From Amphiscolops sp. MND2022 (lineage: Eukaryota), in assembly GCA_964187785.1 (NCBI GenBank), contig OZ076409.1, positions 7,256,001 to 7,320,000 of the forward strand: 64,000 nt of DNA, written 5' to 3'. This document shows, piece by piece, positions 53,053 to 64,000 of the stretch. The position numbers were made by a program, and so were the translations under genes. The notes under the pieces were generated by a model. The model was not told the origin of the DNA. It saw only the letters and a list, made by a program, of their open reading frames with translations, and searched no databases. Every line of letters begins with the position of its first letter. Position 1 is the first letter of the stretch.

Positions 53053-54737
53053 TTTTTTGGATCTGTCTTTTTGATATTGGATTGGCTTGAGCTGGTGGTC
53101 GTCGTGTCACCTGGTGTTTTAGGTTTGCTTTCTGAAGTTGAGGCATTTGGATCTTTTTGCTCCGCTTGTAACCTCTTGGGACGCAGGTGGGCACCTGCGC
53201 CTTGCCAACATTTTTCAGTTGAATGGTTCTTTTTCCCGCATGTGTCACAAGGTGGGTAAGTAGGACGCTGTGGTTTTTTGCCATCTTTTTCCTCCATTTC
53301 TTTCTTTTTCTTGAGTTTAGGACAGCTTTTGTAAAAATGTCCGGTTGCCTTACAATAGGAGCATTGAGCGTCTTTGTTGGTGTTGATGCCGGTAGAGAGC
53401 AAGTTGCTTTGGTTTGTTGACGCCGAGGCCATAGTGGCCATTGGCAAGTCATCGGACTCTTCTAATGCATTAAGTTCTAGCTCTCTTTCAAGATGAGCGA
53501 CTATTTCTTCATACGTCCCGTTCTCCAACCGGGCCATGTTGACAGATCGTTTTAATTTTGGTGGAAGTTTCGCGTATAACAAACTGTCAATCATGCTTTT
53601 TGCATTTTTACCAAAAAATTTTTCAGCTCCTTGGTTCAGTTCTTCCAAGAAGTCCGGCAATTTCATGGTACTTGGGTCGAACGTCAGTCGATGCCATTTG
53701 TGTTTTGCCGTCGCTTGGGATTCCGGTTTAAGGTACTTTCTCCGGAATATGACCAGTACGTCTTCCAGAGTCTGACGGTTGATGGAGTTTATGTTCCTAA
53801 ATGTCTGTAATGCCCCTTTTCGTAGCAATGAATGGAAATGGTTGATTTTCATCTGTTCTGTCATTGCAGGTTGCATTTTGATCATCGTGTGGAACAAGTC
53901 CTCAAAAACCTCGAATTTTTCGCCTTTTCCGTCAAACGTCATTGGAGTTGTTTGGACAGGTCTGATGGTCATAGTTTGTGGTTTATTTTGCAAATTGACT
54001 AATACATCAGCCAATCTGTTGAACGGGTCCTGCTGTGGCTCTGGGACCTCGGGGTCTGGGGCTGGCAGAGTCGCGTCTAGAGAGACATTGTGGTTGGAAT
54101 GTTGCCTCTGGAGGTTCGGGATTGAGTGGATTCGTCCAGTCAGGAATTCAGGAATTTGCTGTTGGGTGTCAATAGCTCCTGTCACCATGTGAGAACTCTG
54201 ACCTAGGGTCTCTCTTAGATCTCCTAAAGATCGTGAATACTTCTTTGCAATTTTTATTTTAGGCCCAGACACGCTTTCCCTGTTTTCCTGGCTATTCGGG
54301 GACGAACTGGCCTCAGTGTCCCTGTGCCCAGCAGAGGACATGGAACTAGCAATGTTTTGGATTTCTGGAATGACTCTTTCATTTATAGCTGTTGTGACGG
54401 CTCTATTTATTTGATTATGCATCATTGACATCATAGAATCCATTTCTTGAGACAATCTGAGATTAAACTCATTCGAGAAGGTTTCAAAGGAGTGTCTGAT
54501 TTCATTTTGTCTCAGTACATCATTTTCATGCTGATAATCTCTATATTCATTCTCTAGGTACGTGTGTGTATCAGCGTCCCCATGGGCCGACGACTGATCT
54601 ATAGCTTCAGCTAATTCTCTTTCTATGGGATTATTATTGTTATTTCCCAGCATCACATCTAAGTTTTCAAAGTCGGACATCATGTCCATTTCCCTAGATT
54701 TTCTAGCCTTCGCTTTCTGGCGTCTAGTAGAAGGCAT
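53049..54737 (-). CDS. gag: Gag, 562 aa, two CCHC zinc knuckles
   Basis: Capsid-like region FDGKGEKFEVFED...KINHFHSLL; knuckles CSYCKATGHFYKSC and CDTCGKKNHSTEKC. Confidence 0.93.
   Translation of the reverse strand: MPSTRRQKAKARKSREMDMMSDFENLDVMLGNNNNNPIERELAEAIDQSSAHGDADTHTYLENEYRDYQHENDVLRQNEIRHSFETFSNEFNLRLSQEMDSMMSMMHNQINRAVTTAINERVIPEIQNIASSMSSAGHRDTEASSSPNSQENRESVSGPKIKIAKKYSRSLGDLRETLGQSSHMVTGAIDTQQQIPEFLTGRIHSIPNLQRQHSNHNVSLDATLPAPDPEVPEPQQDPFNRLADVLVNLQNKPQTMTIRPVQTTPMTFDGKGEKFEVFEDLFHTMIKMQPAMTEQMKINHFHSLLRKGALQTFRNINSINRQTLEDVLVIFRRKYLKPESQATAKHKWHRLTFDPSTMKLPDFLEELNQGAEKFFGKNAKSMIDSLLYAKLPPKLKRSVNMARLENGTYEEIVAHLERELELNALEESDDLPMATMASASTNQSNLLSTGINTNKDAQCSYCKATGHFYKSCPKLKKKKEMEEKDGKKPQRPTYPPCDTCGKKNHSTEKCWQGAGAHLRPKRLQAEQKDPNASTSESKPKTPGDTTTTSSSQSNIKKTDPKN
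53052..53058 (-). promoter_or_regulatory. -1 ribosomal frameshift slippery heptamer A AAA AAC
   Basis: Immediately before the gag TAA; pol is in the -1 frame. Confidence 0.8.
54176..54187 (-). promoter_or_regulatory. Primer-binding site TGGTGACAGGAG
   Basis: Starts with TGG immediately after the LTR's terminal CA; resembles the complement of a tRNA-Leu 3' end (tRNA identity is inference). Confidence 0.8.
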
Positions 54738-55697
54738 AAGAGATTATTGCAAGAGGTAAGAATTTAAATTAAGTTCTCAGGCTTGCAAATTCAGTGTGAG
54801 ATTACTCAGTATTAAGTAACAAGCATGTAGTAAGGTCAAACTTCTTGTTCCCCGGACTAAATGTCTCCGCTATATATATATATATAACAAACTACATGAC
54901 ACGCATACTATTGATCATCATATTCTAATAATAGCCTTAAGGGCTTTCTAAAAATAGCAACAGTTCTAAACATAGTAACGGTTAACTAGTGACATCATCA
55001 TACATCAAAAGGCCTTTCCCAACAGTTATTGTGGCGGGAAGACTGAAGGTCCATGCGGACAAGCAACGCCACATGTATGAACGCAATAAACTACATGTAT
55101 TTCAACATTTTCTAATTGCATGAAATATATCAAAGGCATTGATGGTGTACTATTAAACACAGATTACATGTCCTCTAAGGACTAATAATTCACTAAATAA
55201 GACAATAAAGCACCGGTTATTATGCAATTCATAACACTTTCCAGCAAGCGCTTTTGATTTGATAAACGGCCTCAGCGTCCAACCGACATGAGTGGACCGA
55301 GATATTATTGACTGGCGGCATATGGCCGTTCAGTCCCTTTAATCTAACAGCATAATACAGCGCCGAATAAAGAAAGTACTGCACTGTGATTGGTTAGCGA
55401 GTTAATTGGACTGGTAGACCAAGGCGACAGGCGAGAAAACATTTGAACGCGTTTCCTCTACCTGTACGCCTTGGTGTCCAATTTACTAGCAATGTACAAA
55501 TTAGCGCCGGTATTACGTAATACTAAATCATCATTACATGATATTTTATATTCAGAATAACTAAATTACATGACTTTTGAGATACAAATGCAGTTCATTT
55601 AAAAAGTTTCAATTTAAATGGATCGTGTTGGGTAAAGCTTTTTGATAGTTGTGGCAAATAGAGTACAAGTTGCCATCACAGGCGGACGCCTGGGACA
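54188..55697 (-). repeat. 5' LTR (1510 bp)
   Basis: Direct repeat of 39183-40716; minus strand reads TGTCCC...CTCACA; contains (TA)8. Confidence 0.93.
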
Positions 55698-56095
55698 CTT
55701 ATGAATGGAACAATTTCACATATAGAGTGATATCTAAAAACTACACCTGTTCACAAGTTTAAAAAAAGCAAAACCGATTGAGCATTAGGACGATTAACGA
55801 AAGCGAAGCAAAATTGAGACATGAAATGTTATTTTTGATATGAAATTAACTCACTGGAAATCTTCTGGTGCTTCTTGTTGGGAAATCGAAAATCCAAAGT
55901 CCGTCTAAACAATCAGAAAAGACTTCGAAAAGGAAAAATTTGCCTGGCATTGCATTGGCAGTATTTTCTTTAAACAACAAATGTTTGAAAGTTTGATGTA
56001 TTTCGTATATTCAACGATATAAATGATAAGTGAAACAACTAAAATAAATCTAAAATGGGGATGATTGACAGAACTTATGAATTACATACAGTTGA

Positions 56096-56289
56096 AATGC
56101 TAAAACTTTTATGATGAAGCCAGGCTCAAAGTTTGTTTTACATACCCACTCATGTAAGAGATCAAAGAGTTCCTCCTTTGAAAATTTTCATCACTGTGAG
56201 ATTCTTCAGATTACATCGAAATACCCTTGAGGTTATATAAAACACTCTGAGCTGTTTGAGCCTTGCTTCATCATAAAAGTTTTAGCATT
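56096..56289. repeat. 35-bp inverted repeat pair enclosing ~125 bp
   Basis: AATGCTAAAACTTTTATGATGAAGCCAGGCTCAAA versus its reverse complement at 56255-56289 (one mismatch). Confidence 0.85.
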
Positions 56290-56290
56290 A

Positions 56291-56471
56291 TTTTTTCGGC
56301 ACTGTGCGACTGTTTCCAAAAAAACTTTTTTCATTCCACCAAAGGGTCCCACTTTGGTTTTGTGATGACTTTAGTTGACAAAAGATAAAGCTTTCACAAA
56401 ACCAAAGTGGCACCCTTTGGTGGAATGAAAAAAAAGTTTTTTTTGGAAACAGTCGCACAGTTCCGAAAAAA
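56291..56471. repeat. Fold-back palindrome, ~75 bp arms
   Basis: TTTTTTCGGCACTGTGCGACTGTTTCC...TTTTGTGA / TCACAAAA...GGAAACAGTCGCACAGTTCCGAAAAAA. Confidence 0.85.
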
Positions 56472-56655
56472 CACCAGAAGGGGAAGCCAAAGCGCTAACC
56501 ACATGCTAATTGCCATTTCTGCCGCCCTAGCCGCTTACATCGCATTGGTGTGTTTTGAAAAAATGACTTTAATAGTCTGACAATTTCAGTACCAGCTAAA
56601 AGCATTGGCCCAAAACTCACGCTACATTGAGGAAAAAGCCAAGACAAAAGTAACA

Positions 56656-57354
56656 TTTTTAGTTGGCGCGTTTTCCTTTTATGGAAAAAAGCCCGACTAA
56701 TACAGTGGCAAGTTTTTTCTTGCTTTTTTTCGTCAGATAACAGAATGCGTAGTGGACACTTCTTTTTACAGAACTACTAAACTACTGGAAAAGCAACCGG
56801 AAACGCATATAAGTTAGTGCAAAGTGTCCCCCTTTGATTTACTCCACTTTTAACATAAGATACAAAACGGGGTAAGACTATAGGTTCCTCCCTTTGAATT
56901 TTTTTCTGCAATGTGCAACTTTTTTCGAAATTTTTTCGTGAGACTTTTTGTCTCCAATGGATCCCCCTTCAAGTTTTTTGATAGTATGCGGCAAACTTAA
57001 GTTTCAAAAAGCCCAAAGGGTCTCCCCTTTTGAAACTATTTCAAAATTCTCATTTTTCGTTTTTTTTCGAAAACTTAATAACGTCTCCAAAGGGTCCCCC
57101 TTCAATTTTTTTTGATATTTTGCAATAAACTGAATCCTCAAAAAGCCCAGAGGTCCCCCTTTTACAATGTTAAAAACTTTTTTTGTTAATCGCAAAACCG
57201 CAGTTTTTGAAATCGATATTTAGCTGAAAAACTCTTTCTTCAAACTATTAATGGTTAGATTGCAAGTATGTTTTAAAATACCTTCATTCAATTTCTGCAA
57301 GGATTCACTTTTTGCCTTAGATATAGCGTCGACTTTAGACGTTCCCGTCTTGTT
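56656..57354 (+). mobile_element. Helentron-like family A copy
   Basis: TTTTTAGTTGGCGC...GACTTTAGACGTTCCCGTCTTGTT. Confidence 0.75.
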
Positions 57355-58490
57355 TCAACCTACAAAGTGTGTGTGTGTGTGCGTGTGGGGGGGTAATGGG
57401 GAACATTTTGATTGCGATTTCAGGACATGATAGATTAAATACTTGAGAGCTTACCGATATTTCGCTGCACATGTTTTCGGAGAAACAAGGAGATGTGGGC
57501 TGAACCTTCACCAACTGACTCAAGCTTCTCATTGGCTGCAACTTTTGGGCTTCTTTGTCCTCAAGCGTTCTGAGAAAACACAACCTCACATTCAAGTCAG
57601 TAGATTGTAACGATCACCTATCAAGTCTGAAGATTCGAAATTTTTTTCGAAAATTTCGTTCAAGGGACTAGATGCCCTCCCCTGAAAAGTAATAATCCGC
57701 TGGGGGATAGCGTGTCTTTATTCAAGGACCTATCCACAGAATCAAAGAGGATTTGAAAGAGACCCCATCCCGAACGAGACTACTCCGAAGAATCGCGGCA
57801 GATGTCAGAAAAGAACTCATTTTCTACCAACACGAACTGAACTTTCTTCTTTATTCAAAACGGCGCTTTTATTAGCAAATCGCCACAAGATGTAGTGATT
57901 ACCCAAAATGAGTCAATCAGCTTGACCAAGCATCCGTGCTTGTGTCCCCGGCTAATTGCTGCCTCAGAAGTGCTAATTATGCAGTAAATTACATATTTTG
58001 TTGTGATAATAGCTCGTGAGCTACTTGTTTCAATTTCCTCAGTGACTACAGAAAAACACGATCTTTCCTTTTCCACCTCCATTTTTTAAAGGCTATCTAA
58101 GCGTTGGTTCCGAAGAAAAAGCGCAATTCGCGTTACTGATAGCAATTACAGACTGGAACAGGCCGACGTGGCCATGGGCGCCTGTCCCGGGCAAATGCCC
58201 ATGCCATGTCTTCCTCCCACTCTTATGGCAACGGTGACAATGGTGAGAGCTTGTCGCTACATGGAGAACTCATTTATGGCGAGGGGGATCGCTTCGAAGT
58301 GCTTCCCTTGATGGTTTTAAAAAAGCCGACCCTCTGGTGATTGACGCCAAGTACGACCCGACTCTGATGAAAAGAAGAAAAAGCAGAGTTTTTCCACGTT
58401 TTTACCCTGTGTGTGTCATTGAAGGCTTCGTGCCTGGTGGTAAAAGGTAAATTTCGCAAAAAGCGCTGTATGTTGAGATTTTGAAGCCCT

Positions 58491-58963
58491 TTTTTAGTCG
58501 GCGCGTTTTCCTTTTAAGGAAAAATGCCCGACTATAGCAGTGACCTTTTTTTTTTCTTCAGACTACAATCCTCACACTGATCGGTCCACTTTTTACAATT
58601 CTGCGCAGAGCACCTGAGGCCAAGTCCGCCCAAGGCAAACGTACTCCAAAGGGTCCCCCCTATCATTTTTTACTTTTTCAAGGAAAATACAAAACCTTTG
58701 GATTTTTTTCGGATCTGTGCGACTTTTTTTCGAAAATTTTTTTATGTCCCCAAAGGGTCCCCCCTTTGAGTTTTTTGATATTTTGCAACGGAATGTTTGT
58801 TAATAAATCCAGAAGGGCACCCCCTTTTACATTTTTCGGCACTATGTGACTTCTTTTGAAAGAAAATTTTTTTTTCAAAAATTTCAATTTTTTTTCCAAA
58901 AAAAGTGTTTTAAGCTTTTTGAGCCTTAGATATGGCGCCGACTTTAGACGTTCTCGTCTTGTT
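58491..58963 (+). mobile_element. Helentron-like family A copy
   Basis: TTTTTAGTCGGCGC...GCGCCGACTTTAGACGTTCTCGTCTTGTT. Confidence 0.75.
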
Positions 58964-61103
58964 GTAGTTAACAGGTATTAGTCGAAATAGCCAACCCTCT
59001 TAACGGGTCGCTCACTAGAATTGGTCTAGCAAGCCGTTGGAAGGCCGCTAGGGGTGTTAACAGGTGTTTTTTAGCCTTTTTCAGCTTTTTATTACCAATG
59101 AAGCGAGTGTTGAGAAGAGGACGAGCCTTGCTCAGATATATCTTACAACCTGCCGGAACGGAGTTATACGACTCACCAATCCCATTTCTCGTACAAGCAA
59201 CCTAGAGGAACGAAATTTAGTGGAGACGTACTACAAACACTAACGTATCTAATGATGTAACCCGTTTGTTTCTGGCTGTTCTGGATGACGAGCAAAAAGA
59301 ACGAAAAAATGTGACTCATCAATCCGGGTTGTATAAAATCTTTGAGTCAGGAAAAAAATTATTTTGGTTGCTCAAAAATTTATGTACAATCCCTTGCCAA
59401 TCTTTTTACGAGCCTTCTGTAGCTAGGTTTGTGCTTTTGCACCTATTTTGCGCGAAAAAAGTGCGTTTTTTCATTACTTTCGACGAAAAGTGCCAAATTT
59501 GGCAATTTTGAGGCGAAACACCTCCATGAGCGCGAGCGCTCTTGGTGCTAGCCACACACCTGCAGAAATTAAATAAGAGTAGCTCAGAACTCTAACGAGT
59601 TCGCAAAAACACGTCGAACTACTCAAAGTTGCACAAAAGAGCACGTGTAAATTTGTGAGGAAAAACCCCGTTTTTGCAAAATCTAGCATTTTTGACACTC
59701 TGATTCAGTGGGGGAACTAGTATAGGAGCTTTCGAATACCCCCGCGTGATAGCAAATGGGTTGGGGTACACTTGCCGGTACCCAACGCTATTCATTTTAG
59801 TAATTATAGTCACTATCTTTTGAAAAAAGTTACGAAAACTGTGATTTAGAGGTTTCTCTATAGTGTTCTTAGAGAAAACCTGAATTGACTATTGACGGAC
59901 ACTTTTACGCTAAGAAAAGCCCACGGGCTATTGTTTTCCGTTTGTTCAAAAAATTTTACGGTCTACAGTGAAGACCGAATGACAAAATACCTTTTCAGTG
60001 CAGAGAAAAGTTAAAAAACGCACTGAAAAACACCATTTTTCCCATAATCTGGACTGTCTCTGAACTAGAGTTGGGTCATCGATTCCTGAACCCTAGCCAA
60101 AAGGTGGTTGCATTTTCATAACCACCATTAGAAATAACGCCAGTGCCGAAAATTTGGTGGACGTAGCATTCACCAAAATCGAGAAAAGTTCTCTGACGTT
60201 TCAACCTCAGGGAACCACAAAACTGCCGAAATAATCCAAAATTACCGGACTGTCGATGCCTTGTATTTAATGGGTACACCTAATTGAAGGTTTAACCCAG
60301 TGCTACGAATAGTGGGGCAACACGTTGGTCCCACTTTACCCGCCGTATCACTTTCTGAGGTGACCTTCTTTGTCGATTTCTGAAAAAAGTAATCTAAAAC
60401 CGTATTTTTTCGTGAGTGCTGTCCAGGTAAGGTCAAAATCTCAAATAAGCGTCCGCGCTTTCACTTGATGGTTTTATTGGCATTATACGCACTCACCGGC
60501 TCTAACCAACAAGTTTCGCGTCAATTATACGGTACTTGATGAGAAAATAAAAGAAACGTGCCACACAAAAAGGTGTGCAAAAGGGCTAATTTTTCAAAAT
60601 TTTCCTGAGTGACCCAAACGCCGTAATTGAAAAGCGAGGTCAAATTGCTGCCCATCTCTGCAATCTGCACCAAATACTGCATTGTTCTGCAAGTTTAGGC
60701 CCTCGGACTTTTTTCATTATGGCACAATCTTGAAATAAGCGTGAAAATCAGTGCATTTTGGTGACCAAGGGCAACGCACGTCCGAGTCGACCTGAATCTC
60801 GAAATAAAAACTTTACTTTGAATCTGATTTCGCTACAGCATAGTGCACCTACCACAGGGTTAGGTGGTCACTTTTCAAGTGTTTCCGACGATTACGCATT
60901 GCGCACGAAGCATCTTAGTACTTTTTAAAGAAACCTAAAAAACCCAGAAATCGTCGAAAAACCCGACTGTGCGCAACTTAGCCGTTCCGAAAGCCCCAAA
61001 CGCACGGTTTCCGACCTCACACAACGGTATCAACACGCTGCATAAGTTTCACGTCAATACGACTCTTAGATCGATTTTTGACTTTTCAGAGACGTGCTAA
61101 ATC

Positions 61104-64000
61104 ATGAGGACTAGTAGTTTACGCAACCTTTGGAACTCTATAACAAGGACGTTAAGTCGCTCGAACACCCGGCGGCGCTTCAATCTTTCGAGAGGGGGGA
61201 GGGAGACTGCCCTGCAACACGCCAAAGTACAAAAAAACCAGAGCCGACAGCATGCGAGACAAATCTCAGTGCAATATCGGACCTAACCTCAGACACCAGA
61301 GAAGAAGATTGGCCGACTGATGACAGTTTTGTTATGGAACCCAATTTTTCAGACCCTATGTCAGACAACGCATCAGACAAGTATCAGACCAAAGCGGTCG
61401 CCAGAACTGTCGATGATATCGGGGGATCAGCGGACGAGACAGGAAGTCAAGCCCACACTTCCAAATGGTTTCAAGAGTTATCCAATGCCGCTATACCCTT
61501 TGGCACAGACCACACCGGAGCATGGCCCAACTCCAACAGAACAAACGACGAAGCAGTGGAAATAAGCTGCCTGAATGCGACGGGGCAATTCAAAGCTCCA
61601 AATGTGACAAGCGAAGAACCCGCATACACAGCAGAGGTACTCCAGCAGATGTCATGCATTGGGGCCATGAACTATGCCAGGGCGCGTTTGCAAGAGGCTA
61701 CCGCTTCCCGACCATCAGGGAAGAGCAAACAAGTACGGCTTCCAGCTCTACTAGCGCAGACTGGCATCACAGGACCGCATGGTGACTCGCGCTCATCCTC
61801 ACCTTCATCAAAAGTTGCGTCAGCTCGATCTTCGGCATACAGGGCCGTGCACGAAGCAGCGAAGGCGCGCAAGGCGCTACTAGATGCCCAAATTGGTGTG
61901 AAGCAAAATGCTTCCCAACTGTCTGACCGCAAGGCAAGATGCGATAAAGAGCATCAGGCAATTGTAGAAGAGATTGAAGCTGTGCAAAGCGAGCTACGGA
62001 CATCAACTGAACGACAGGCGCAAGGACAGGATGTTCAAGCTGCACGCATGGACGCCATGAGCTATCGAATGGCTGAAATGAAAGATATGATAGCCCAGAG
62101 AGAGGTACGTATGGAAGCCCAAATGCAGGAGGTATGCTCGCAAATACAAGCGATGGGCACCATGCTGAAGAATGTCCAACCTCAACCAGCGCCAGCAAGC
62201 AGCACTATCAAAGAACTGCTGCAAGACACTGACCTATCCCTGTCGAAGCCCATGAAGAGTGTCTCGCTCAAACCAACGGAGAATGTAATCACCGCAGCAA
62301 ACCCCTCTGGTTCCAAACAACACCTGGCGAGATATACACCCCTACCTCAACCTCTGACTCCAAATAGAGAGGCTGTATCGACATCGACAAGGCTAATCCC
62401 CCCGGTATCGACGAAGCTTATCCCGCCTATAACAGCATCTCACGAAGAAGAGCCAACGTGCGAGGCGATAACCATCAAAACTTCGAGCATGGGTATCACG
62501 GGCCTGTGAGAGCCCACACGCACCAACGAACTAACTGAAGTCACAAGTACCTTCCAAACAGCAAACGCGACTTTGGGAGAATCAACTGCAGAATTCCAAA
62601 CCGCGGACAATGGGTTGCCCCCGGGCAACCCGCGCGCCAGCAGCACCCGACGCAGAGAAGTGATCATCCCTGAAAACACCGATGAATCTGTCAAATCAAC
62701 GCGAGGAAGCAGTGTTCCACCACCAGCTATCACTGAAGAAGCGCATAAATCACCGGAGCAACTCAGGTTCACCGAGGTAATATCAAAGGCCATGTCCAAA
62801 GAACTGGCGCCACTAATTGCCAATCGATATCAAACCAGGGTCCGCCCTACGGTAAATAAAGGCACTAAAGATGGCACCGTCGATGGGTGGCTCCCCGTGA
62901 TGAAACGATTCCTAGAAAGGGTGCACGCCAAAACCCCCGAAAATCGACAAAGCATAAGCTATCATCGACCATCTGGAAGGAGAAGCAAGAAATTACATAA
63001 TCAATAAATCTGAACCTGAACGAGATGAACCCGACAAGGTATTCGCCATCCTGGCCAGCAGGTTCGGAACCGGTGGAAACCGCATGCATGTCCGACAAAC
63101 CTTCATGTCCCGTAGCCAGCAGGAAAAAGAAGATTGGATGCAGTTCTTGGACGCATTGGAAGGTCTACGCACCCAAGGCTTCCCGGACGAGCCCATCACT
63201 ACACGCCGTTATGAAATCCTGCAACGTTTTATAGATGGAGTCAGTGACCCAACTCTGCGACAAGAACTGGCTGTGGTGTACGCCGCGGAAAGTTATCTGA
63301 CTGAACCGCCCACCGTGGAATCTTTGAGGTTCACTACGCGACAATTGCAGCGGCATCGTCCCACAACAACGAAGCCCTATGACCCCAGGTATGCAATGAG
63401 ATCAAGGCCTCATCCCTTCGTGCCAGGAAAATTGGTTCATCCGGCACCAGGCTTACCGCAAAATGTGCTGCCTCCAAACCAGGGACAACGTGAGGTAAAG
63501 CCCCAGATTGCCCCAGCAGGTCCAGCATCGCTAAAACAGGCTCCCGCACCCCAGCAACCAGCGAGGGTGGTTCCCCAAGGAGCATGCTTCAACTGTGGAC
63601 TACCCGGTCACTTTGCAATGTGGCCTCTGCGTGTTCTGGCCCCGTATTTTGTGTCAACTGTGGTATGACCGAGCATTCAGCGTCGCAATGCCAAAATGTT
63701 CCTGTGCACGAGGACTTGGCCTACAGCCTCTGGACTGAACAGCCACCTGCTCCTCAGACGATGAGTGATAGTGAAATGGTTCTCATGCTACGTCCAGCCG
63801 AAGCCGCCCACGTGGCGACGCCCCTTACCGTCACATGCGGCAAAATCCAAATCCAGACGAATCCAGAGCCCACCACTTTTGACCCTTTGGGACGCACGAT
63901 CATGTCTGCTCGACTATTATTGGCAATTGAGAGAGAGACGCGCCCAGGACTCACGCTAGACGCCTTGATCGATGAGATGACCACAAACGAGAACTGCCGG
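61104..64000 (+). pseudogene. Frameshifted gag region of a second, unrelated Gypsy-like retrotransposon (continues beyond the window)
   Basis: Long disordered/coiled-coil N-region; capsid-like GTVDGWL...IIDHLEGEARNYI...LASRFG...FLDALEGLR...LQRFIDGV; knuckles CFNCGLPGH and CVNCGMTEHSASQC. Confidence 0.8.

Larger units (their letters stand above)
39183..55697 (-). mobile_element. Full-length 16.5 kb Ty3/Gypsy LTR retrotransposon with extra genes
   Basis: TG...CA LTRs, 5-bp TSD CTTAT (39178-39182, 55698-55702), PBS, PPT, and gag-PR-RT-RH-IN order. Confidence 0.95.

Overview
AT-rich, intron-containing eukaryotic (animal-like) genomic DNA, dense in transposons. (1) Bases 1-~15,120 and ~20,620-35,037 are the two arms of a >15 kb inverted duplication. 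The arms flank a ~5.5 kb spacer holding a 200-N scaffold gap, so they may be two uncollapsed haplotypes. Each arm carries a two-exon glycine-cleavage aminomethyltransferase (AMT) gene and a multi-exon gene of unknown function. The AMT intron looks like a hAT-type DNA transposon turned intron (TIRs, 8-bp TSD spacing, branch point in the TIR, non-canonical GG donor). (2) 39,183-55,697 is a complete 16.5 kb Ty3/Gypsy element on the minus strand with 1.5 kb LTRs, CTTAT TSD, PBS, PPT and a -1 gag-pol slippery site. Unusually, gag starts ~550 nt inside the LTR, the element carries a four-exon antisense gene for a ~1,200 aa zinc-finger protein, and a third sense ORF runs across the PPT into the LTR. 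(3) Also present: a decayed hAT element, a BEL/Pao relic, a CMC/CACTA-type MITE with an excision footprint in the other arm, many Helentron-like non-autonomous elements, and the gag region of a second Gypsy-like element at the right edge. All calls are by eye from the sequence and ORF track; no database searches were run.
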